In this document: one piece after another, positions 8,272 through 15,880 of the stretch
How the letters are laid out: the number at the start of each line of letters is the position of its first letter
Position numbering within the stretch: position 1 is the stretch's first letter
DNA from: Armatimonadia bacterium
Lineage (GTDB): Bacteria; Armatimonadota; Zipacnadia; Zipacnadales; UBA11051
DNA: 17,292 bases
Assembly: GCA_039683575.1 (NCBI GenBank)
Contig: JBDKRC010000219.1
Coordinates: forward strand, 1 to 17,292
Reading direction: 5' to 3'
Translations under genes and position numbers: made by a program
Notes under the pieces: generated by a model
Seen by the model: only the letters and a program-made list of their open reading frames with translations
Told to the model about the DNA's origin: nothing
The model's database searches: none

Positions 8272-8301
8272 TCGGTGGCGGGAAGCGATTCCCGCCACCG
8301 A
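8272..8301. repeat. Perfect 13-bp inverted repeat with GCGA tetraloop
   Basis: TCGGTGGCGGGAA-GCGA-TTCCCGCCACCGA just after the hypothetical gene's stop; no downstream U-tract on either strand. Confidence 0.7.
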
Positions 8302-8319
8302 AGCATGCCCAATTTTCTC

Positions 8320-8348
8320 TGGCGCTTTTCCTTCATCCGTGGTAGAAT
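8320..8348 (+). promoter_or_regulatory. Candidate extended -10 promoter for pyrG
   Basis: TG-G-TAGAAT at 8340-8348; weak -35 TGGCGC at 8320-8325 with 17-bp spacer. Confidence 0.55.
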
Positions 8349-8366
8349 GCTGCCCAGCGTAGTACC

Positions 8367-8406
8367 GGGCCGCTCGGCTCTGTAGCGGCTCTCCTCTTTT
8401 TTTTTT
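8367..8406 (+). terminator. Terminator/attenuator-like hairpin with T10 run in the pyrG leader
   Basis: GGGCCGCT (8367-8374), 9-nt loop, AGCGGCTC (8384-8391; one G-U pair), then TCCTC and T10 (8397-8406). Confidence 0.5.
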
Positions 8407-8498
8407 CTCTCCACACTCAGCAGCACATTACGTTCATCAGCACGCGCGCAACGCGGCTAACCGCGGTTCGCGTTTGATTCCTATTGGGCAGGTGTATT

Positions 8499-10139
<1,641 letters not shown>

Positions 10140-10147
10140 CATCGGGC

Positions 10148-10176
10148 TTGACTCTTCGAGCGGAATAGTGAATAAT
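10148..10176 (+). promoter_or_regulatory. Candidate sigma70 promoter of the abiE operon
   Basis: TTGACT (10148-10153), 17 bp, AATAAT (10171-10176); the -10 lies inside the left arm of the inverted repeat. Confidence 0.55.
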
Positions 10177-10214
10177 AATGCAGGTAGTTGATAATAACTA
10201 CCTGCATTATTATT
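10171..10214. promoter_or_regulatory. Perfect 19-bp inverted repeat, probable AbiEi autorepression operator
   Basis: AATAATAATGCAGGTAGTT-GATAAT-AACTACCTGCATTATTATT, 16 bp upstream of abiEi. AbiEi antitoxins are known to bind long inverted repeats in their own promoter. Confidence 0.85.
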
Positions 10215-10230
10215 ACCAAGAACACTTGAG

Positions 10231-10830
10231 ATGACGAGCGAAACCCGCACCGAACTCCTTTTCCGCAAGCACGGCGGTGTCCTGCGCACCTCTGACGCGC
10301 TGAAGGCCGGCATCAACCCGGCCACCTTCTATCGCATGGTCCGGTCGGGGCGCCTGGACAAACTCACGCGCGGCGTGTATCAGATCGCCGATACCCCCCC
10401 TCTCAGCCACCCTGACCTTGTTGCCGTGCAACGGCGTGTGCCCGACGGAGTCATTTGTCTGATCTCAGCCCTGTCTTTCCACAATCTGACAGACCAGATA
10501 CCTCGAGATGTCTACGTAGCTCTCAATAGCTCGGCTCGCCGTCCGCGCCTTGACTACCCGCCCACACGCTTCTTCTGGTTTGGCGGGGTTTCTCACGAGG
10601 TCGGTATCGAGAAGCACGATCTGGACGGCACTGAAATCCGGATGTATAGCCCCGCGAAGACTATCGCCGATTGCTTCAAATTCCGCAGCCGCATTGGAGT
10701 CGATGTCGCTGTTGAGGCACTCCGCGCCTATCTCGACGGCCCCGACCGTAATCTGAACAAGCTTGTGGAGTATGCAGAGGTCTGCCGCGTACTTGAGGTC
10801 ATGCGTCCCTATCTGGAGGCGCTGCTGTGA
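10231..10830 (+). CDS. abiEi: Type IV toxin-antitoxin antitoxin / transcriptional regulator, AbiEi family
   Basis: N-terminal winged HTH (GGVLRTSDALKAGI...GRLDKLTRGVY), GVICLISALSFHNLTDQIP, YSPAKTIADCFKFR; GTGA overlap with the downstream nucleotidyltransferase. Confidence 0.9.
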   Translation: MTSETRTELLFRKHGGVLRTSDALKAGINPATFYRMVRSGRLDKLTRGVYQIADTPPLSHPDLVAVQRRVPDGVICLISALSFHNLTDQIPRDVYVALNSSARRPRLDYPPTRFFWFGGVSHEVGIEKHDLDGTEIRMYSPAKTIADCFKFRSRIGVDVAVEALRAYLDGPDRNLNKLVEYAEVCRVLEVMRPYLEALL

Positions 10831-11723
10831 ACCTGCCGGCCTCGATCCATGCTCGACTACGGAACCTGGCTCATGCTGAGAACCGGCATTTCGAGGAGGT
10901 TCTCCAGCTATTTGTGATGGAGCGTTTCCTGTACAGGCTGGCGCAGTCGAGCTACAGTGACCGTTTCCTTCTCAAAGGAGCTCTCGTCTTCCTCGCCTGG
11001 CGCGGCAAGGCAGATCGCCCCACGCAGGATGTGGATCTGCTCGGGAGACTGCGCAATGATCTACCGACCATAAGAACAGCTCTTCAGGAAGTCTGCAGTG
11101 TTGTATGTGAGGAGGACGCCCTGACCTTTCAACTGCAAGGACTCAGCGAAAACACCAGGGACCACACCTATCACGGCATTCGCGCCATTATCCGTGCAAA
11201 TCTGGAGCGAACAAGGGTCATATTCAAGGTTGACATCGGCTTCGGCGACCCAGTTACCCCGGCAGCGTCGGAGAGTTCATTCCCAACGCTTCTGCCCATG
11301 CCAGCGCCGCGACTGCTTCTCTACACGAAAGAGACGGTAGTCGCCGAGAAGCTTCATGCCATCGCCCAGTTTGGCGTCCTGAACAGTCGTCTGAAAGACT
11401 ACTACGATCTGTGGTTACTGAGTCAGACTGAGAGCTTTGAGGGTGCTGCTCTGGTCACGGCAATTTGCTCCACCTTTGGTTGCAGGGGTGAGCCAGTGCT
11501 GGCTGAACTGCCAGGTCTGAGTGACCGCTACCTTGCCAACCCCCGTGCCGCGAGCGCCTGGCAGGCGCTTGCGGCTCGGAGTCACCTTCGCGATGTACCT
11601 GCTGATCTTCCATCCGCTCTGCAAGTCATTCGATCATTTGCCGTCCCAGTTCTCACCGCCATAGACACCGGTCAGCCATTCGCAGACGTCTGGCTGCACC
11701 CCGGACCATGGCGTCCACAGTAA
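10827..11723 (+). CDS. abiEii: Type IV toxin-antitoxin toxin, AbiEii/AbiGii nucleotidyltransferase family
   Basis: ERFLYRL, FLLKGAL, RPTQDVDL (DxD), VDIGFGD, ETVVAEKLHA, SRLKDYYDL (KDxxD). Confidence 0.9.
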   Translation: MNLPASIHARLRNLAHAENRHFEEVLQLFVMERFLYRLAQSSYSDRFLLKGALVFLAWRGKADRPTQDVDLLGRLRNDLPTIRTALQEVCSVVCEEDALTFQLQGLSENTRDHTYHGIRAIIRANLERTRVIFKVDIGFGDPVTPAASESSFPTLLPMPAPRLLLYTKETVVAEKLHAIAQFGVLNSRLKDYYDLWLLSQTESFEGAALVTAICSTFGCRGEPVLAELPGLSDRYLANPRAASAWQALAARSHLRDVPADLPSALQVIRSFAVPVLTAIDTGQPFADVWLHPGPWRPQ

Positions 11724-11733
11724 TCGGTGATCC

Positions 11734-14064
11734 ATGCCTTCCCTACTAGAAAAGCTAAACCCCGAGCAGCGCAAGGCTGCCGCTACCACTAAGGGCCCCG
11801 TGCTCATCTTCGCCGGAGCCGGGAGCGGCAAGACGCGTACGCTTACCTATCGCATCGCCCACATGGTTCAGGACTGCGGCGTGGATCCTGAGCACATTCT
11901 GGCCGTGACCTTCACCAACAAGGCCGCCAACGAGCTCAAAGAGCGCATCGTCAGCCTCATCGGCAAGAAAGCTAAAAAGCTCTGGGCCGGCACCTTCCAC
12001 TCCATCTGCGCCCGCCTGCTGCGCCAGGAGGGGGAGGCCATTGGCATTCCCCACAACTTCAGCATCTTCGACGAGGGCGACCAGGCCTCACTTGTCAAGG
12101 AAGCCCTGTCCATTCTCGACGGCGACAGCGACGACAAGTACTCCGCCAGCGAGATCCTCAGCCGCATCAGCAACGCCAAGAATGAGCTTCTCGACGTCCA
12201 GGGCTACCACCGCGGCAAGAAGGGCTCCGTGGATGACATGGCCCAGCGGGTCTATGCCATCTACCAGCGCCGCCTGCGGGAGAACAAGGCCCTCGACTTC
12301 GATGACCTGCTCATGAAGGCTGTCGAACTGCTCGAAACCCAGCGCTCGGTCCTCAACCGCCTCCAGGATCGCTTTGAGTACGTCCTCGTGGACGAGTACC
12401 AGGACATCAACCAGGCCCAGTACCGCCTCGTGCAACTCCTCGGCGGCAAGCACAAGAACATCTGCGTCGTGGGCGACGATGACCAGAGCATCTACGGCTG
12501 GCGCGGCGCCAACGTCGGCATCATCCTGGCCTTCGAGCAGGACTATCCGCAGGCCACGGTCATCAAGCTCGAGCAGAATTACCGCAGCACCCAGAAGATC
12601 CTGGAGTGCGCCTACGCGGTCATCAAGCAGAACTCCGCCCGCGCCGACAAGCGCCTCTGGACCGACAACCACCCCGGCGACAATATCGTGCTCTACCAGG
12701 CGATCACCGAGGAAGAGGAAGCCGAGTGGGTCGCCAACATGATCTCGGCCCAGGTAAGCTGCGGCAACGCCCGTCCGGGCGACTATGCCATCTTGTACCG
12801 TACCAACGCCATGTCGCGGGTCTTTGAGGACAAGCTTCTCGAAGCCGGCGTCCCCTATGACATCGTCGGCGGGCTGCGCTTCTACGACCGCGCGATTATA
12901 AAGGACGCCCTCGCTTTCCTGCGGGTGCTCAACAACCCGGACGACGGCATCGCCTGCCGCCGGATCATCAACGTCCCCGCCCGCGGGCTGGGCGACAAGA
13001 CCATCTCCTGCCTCGACCGCCTCGCGCACCGTGAGGGCATCTCGCTCTTCGAGGCCTGCCGCCGGGCCCCTGAGATCGAGGAGCTAAGCGCCCGTGCCAT
13101 CGGTGCCGCGACTGACTTCTACTACCTGATGAACAAGCTCAGTTCTCTCGTGGACGAGGTCCCGCTGGCTGAACTGGTGAGGCAGGTATTTGAGCAGACA
13201 CTGCTCCTGCCCACGCTCCAGAACTCGCAGAAGGCCGAGGACAAGTCCAAGGCCGAGAACCTCGGCGAGTTCGTCAACGTGGCCAGTCGCTTCGAGGAGC
13301 GCCGCGAGGAATCCTCGCTCCAGGTCTTCCTGGAGCACATCGCCCTCATCTCCGACATTGACCAGGCCGAGCAGCTTGGCAGCAAGGTCTCGCTCTTGAC
13401 CCTCCACAGCGCCAAGGGGCTGGAATTCCCGATTGTCTTCATGGTGGGGCTGGAAGAGGGCCTCTTCCCCCACGAGCGCAGTATGGGGGACGAGTTCCAG
13501 ATCGAGGAGGAGCGCCGGCTGTGCTACGTCGGCATCACCCGCGCGGAGCGGATGCTCTACATGAGCCATGCCGGGTCGCGGATGATTTTCGGCAGTCGCC
13601 GCCGCCAGGTGCCCTCTCGCTTCCTCAAAGAGCTGCCCAAGGAGCTCATAGAGCGCCGTGGCGACCTCGCCGGGCTCATGCTCCCGCCGCGGCCGAAGAC
13701 CGAGGACGAGGCCACCGCCCGCGAGCCGGGGACCCGCAGGATTGACATCGAGGCTCTCGTGAACCGGGCCAAGGCGGCTGGGAAGCTGACCGCCGAGCGC
13801 GATCAGGCCACCGCCGTTACAGCCGCACCGAAGGCCCCACCGCCGGCTGCACCCACGCCCGCGAGCTCACGCCGCAAGCCGGCCAAAGAGGCAGCGCCGA
13901 AGAAGCCGGGGCCTGCCTATCATGCCGGTAGCAAGATCATGCACAAGACGTTTGGTCAGGGTATGGTTGTGTCGGTGAAAGACGGGGATGACCCCGAACT
14001 GACGATCGCCTTCCCGGCCAAGGGAGTCAAGAAGATACTCGCCAGCTTCGTCCAGCCAGCTTAA
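11734..14064 (+). CDS. pcrA: ATP-dependent DNA helicase PcrA/UvrD with C-terminal Tudor domain
   Basis: LNPEQ, Walker A AGAGSGKT, TFTNKAA, GTFHS, VDEYQD, VGDDDQSIYGWRGA, LEQNYRS, LYRTN, TLHSAKGLEF, EERRLCYVGITRA, PSRFL; Tudor-like HKTFGQG...IAF..KGVKKI. SD GGTGA. Confidence 0.96.
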   Translation: MPSLLEKLNPEQRKAAATTKGPVLIFAGAGSGKTRTLTYRIAHMVQDCGVDPEHILAVTFTNKAANELKERIVSLIGKKAKKLWAGTFHSICARLLRQEGEAIGIPHNFSIFDEGDQASLVKEALSILDGDSDDKYSASEILSRISNAKNELLDVQGYHRGKKGSVDDMAQRVYAIYQRRLRENKALDFDDLLMKAVELLETQRSVLNRLQDRFEYVLVDEYQDINQAQYRLVQLLGGKHKNICVVGDDDQSIYGWRGANVGIILAFEQDYPQATVIKLEQNYRSTQKILECAYAVIKQNSARADKRLWTDNHPGDNIVLYQAITEEEEAEWVANMISAQVSCGNARPGDYAILYRTNAMSRVFEDKLLEAGVPYDIVGGLRFYDRAIIKDALAFLRVLNNPDDGIACRRIINVPARGLGDKTISCLDRLAHREGISLFEACRRAPEIEELSARAIGAATDFYYLMNKLSSLVDEVPLAELVRQVFEQTLLLPTLQNSQKAEDKSKAENLGEFVNVASRFEERREESSLQVFLEHIALISDIDQAEQLGSKVSLLTLHSAKGLEFPIVFMVGLEEGLFPHERSMGDEFQIEEERRLCYVGITRAERMLYMSHAGSRMIFGSRRRQVPSRFLKELPKELIERRGDLAGLMLPPRPKTEDEATAREPGTRRIDIEALVNRAKAAGKLTAERDQATAVTAAPKAPPPAAPTPASSRRKPAKEAAPKKPGPAYHAGSKIMHKTFGQGMVVSVKDGDDPELTIAFPAKGVKKILASFVQPA

Positions 14065-14174
14065 TCACCAATGTGGTATGCGGAGTTCGATCTGAGCCCA
14101 AAAACGGCCCAAATCGTTACATTGGTTAACTTCGTTTGCGCATTTGGCCCCCCGAAATGACGCGTTTGAGGCAC

Positions 14175-14213
14175 AAAAAAAGAGCCGGGCGACTTGGTCG
14201 CCCGGCTCTTTTT
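14175..14213. terminator. Bidirectional intrinsic terminator between convergent pcrA and the transaldolase-family gene
   Basis: A7-GAGCCGGGCGAC-TTG-GTCGCCCGGCTC-T5: perfect 12-bp GC-rich stem with U-tracts available on both strands. Confidence 0.92.
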
Positions 14214-14227
14214 GTTTGCTTATGAGG

Positions 14228-15646
14228 CTAGCTCTTGGCCGAGACCCACTCAACGAACTTGTCATACTGCTCGCTGAAGCCGGTTAGCGTCTTGACTACC
14301 GGCGGGTAGGTATCGAACTCTTCCACGGTCATGCCGTCGGGCTCGTAGGCCTTGCGGAACAGTTCGCTCTTGTACAACTTGTCCATGTAACCGGCCGGGA
14401 CTTCTTCCCACATGCCCTCGGGGTTGATCTCCCGCGGGATTGCGTCGTACTCTTCCTGCCGGGGCGGGAAGATGGTCAGGAAGATCGGCACGGGGCCGCT
14501 GGTGATGGAGCGGTCGATGTTCCAGGGGCCGCGGCCGGAAGCCGGCAGCGGGATGGACTGCGTGAAGCCCAGGCCGCCCTCGGTCGGGGGCAGGCACAGC
14601 AGCTTATACTCGCGCTGGCGGATGACTGTGGTCGCCCACGTCTTGACCTCTGCCCAGTCCTCGACGCCAGCAGCCTTCAGTTCGTCACCGATCGGGTCGT
14701 CCAGGCGCCCGTCCATCTGCGTGCGGTACGAGACCGGCGTGTTGCTGTAGGCTTCGATGGCGCCTGCGAATGCGATCTGCTGGGGCAGGGAGAAGTTTAC
14801 GGTGATGTTGACGCCCATGCAGCAGTTCGTCAGTTCCTGGCAGGCTTCGATGCCAGCCTTGGTTCCGGGCAGCTTGAAGACGCAGTTGGGGATGCCGTCG
14901 AGACCGCAGGTCAACTGCTGCCAGACCCACTTGCCCTCTTCGATCATGGACTGAGCGTTGAACGCTTCCTTGGGGGAAAGCTGCAGCGAGCAGTAGCCCA
15001 TGGCGCCGGCGGTGAGCTCCCAGATCGGGCGGAGCAGCCGGGCGTTGAACAGCACGACCTCGATGGTCATCGCGTAGGCGAGCTGCGTCGGGGTGTAGTC
15101 GGGATAGCGCGCCTGGAGCTGGTCGCGGATCGGGGTCCAGTACTCGGGGTGCTCTTCACGAGCGATGTTCACAAGCTGCGGGTTGGTGGTGCACATCGCC
15201 GCGCCGTAGCGCATGGACTCGCGCAGGCCGCTGGCGAAGTCATTGCCCCACCAGGTGTTGCACTCGCCGGCCATGCTCATGCGGGTCAGCTTGGCCAGGT
15301 TTGAGTTCTGGATCTTGGCGATCTTGGCGCGGGCCGCATCGGCCACGTCCTTGGCACCGAGTTCCTCGACGACTGCGAGGTTGGCGTTGGCTTCGGCCTG
15401 CAGCGCCTCATCGGTGAGGGCCAGGTCGCCATGGCGTTCGGTATCTTTCAAGTGCCAGTCGGCCATAACCGAGCACAGATCAATGGCGCTCTCGGCGAGC
15501 AGTTCGACAGCCTCGGCCTTGGCGGCGTCGGAGGTGGCAGCGATCGCCTTCTGCTCGGCGCGCAGGGCCTCCAGTTCTCCGGCGAGGTCGCACGGATCGG
15601 TATAGAACACAAGTCGCTGCAGCAGGCGGATGCCACGGTCAGTCAT
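14228..15646 (-). CDS. Transaldolase/fructose-6-phosphate aldolase family protein with ~115-aa N-terminal extension
   Basis: WWGND, TTNPQL, SLQLSP, VFKLPGTKAGI (Schiff-base Lys), GVNITVNFSLPQ, GRLDD, ASGR. ATG 15646 has SD GGAG upstream and is preferred over TTG 15655. Confidence 0.85.
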   Translation of the reverse strand: MTDRGIRLLQRLVFYTDPCDLAGELEALRAEQKAIAATSDAAKAEAVELLAESAIDLCSVMADWHLKDTERHGDLALTDEALQAEANANLAVVEELGAKDVADAARAKIAKIQNSNLAKLTRMSMAGECNTWWGNDFASGLRESMRYGAAMCTTNPQLVNIAREEHPEYWTPIRDQLQARYPDYTPTQLAYAMTIEVVLFNARLLRPIWELTAGAMGYCSLQLSPKEAFNAQSMIEEGKWVWQQLTCGLDGIPNCVFKLPGTKAGIEACQELTNCCMGVNITVNFSLPQQIAFAGAIEAYSNTPVSYRTQMDGRLDDPIGDELKAAGVEDWAEVKTWATTVIRQREYKLLCLPPTEGGLGFTQSIPLPASGRGPWNIDRSITSGPVPIFLTIFPPRQEEYDAIPREINPEGMWEEVPAGYMDKLYKSELFRKAYEPDGMTVEEFDTYPPVVKTLTGFSEQYDKFVEWVSAKS

Positions 15647-15740
15647 GGAGGACAACTCCGTTTCAATTTGCGGATAGTCCGGCTGTTTAATCCGGACACG
15701 AAAAGTCAGGGCGAACCCAAGGGGGCCGCTAACGGGGCTG

Positions 15741-15770
15741 AGTATAGCATAAACAGTTGTCAGTTGTCAG
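15741..15770 (-). promoter_or_regulatory. Candidate promoter for the transaldolase-family gene
   Basis: Minus strand: CTGACA (15770-15765), 18 bp, TATACT (15746-15741), with extended -10 TG-C-TATACT. Confidence 0.6.
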
Positions 15771-15781
15771 TTATCAGTTGG
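15754..15781 (+). repeat. Four tandem heptamers CAGTT(G/A)(T/G)
   Basis: CAGTTGT CAGTTGT CAGTTAT CAGTTGG in the divergent intergenic region. Confidence 0.85.
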
Positions 15782-15844
15782 CGGCGGCGGCCGAATGGGG
15801 TGAGGAACTTCGCGCGGTACCTTCTGTCAATGGTAAAGAAACAC

Positions 15845-15873
15845 TATAATGGTAGGCGTTTACTATAGGGAGG
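15845..15873 (+). promoter_or_regulatory. -10 box and ribosome-binding site of the beta-helix gene
   Basis: Perfect TATAAT (15845-15850) in an AT-rich patch with a poor -35; SD GGGAGG (15868-15873) 7 nt before ATG 15881. Confidence 0.55.
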
Positions 15874-15880
15874 GATGCAC

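Noticed and set aside
6531..8301. Three spaced palindromes as a possible CRISPR array or integron attC set
   Set aside because: Sequences differ from each other, are separated by ordinary genes, and there are no cas or integrase genes or attC core sites.
8484..8498. TTG start for pyrG
   Set aside because: Overlaps the SD; ATG 8499 gives the canonical [10 protein letters not shown] start.
11734..14064. UvrD helicase as a Gabija GajB-like defence component
   Set aside because: Full-length PcrA architecture with Tudor domain, host-like codon usage and no adjacent OLD/TOPRIM nuclease.
14065..14170. GGAGTTCGATC (T-loop-like) and an imperfect inverted repeat after pcrA as a tRNA remnant or sRNA
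   Set aside because: No T-stem pairing, cloverleaf or CCA end; pairing is weak.
15647..15735. Possible riboswitch in the transaldolase-gene leader (GTCCGG/CCGGAC hairpin, GGGTTCGCCC)
   Set aside because: Does not match the conserved cores of the riboswitch classes I can recall (fluoride, ZTP, c-di-GMP); an Rfam/Infernal scan would be needed.
15825..15830. Perfect TTGACA on the minus strand
   Set aside because: No -10-like hexamer 16-18 bp downstream.
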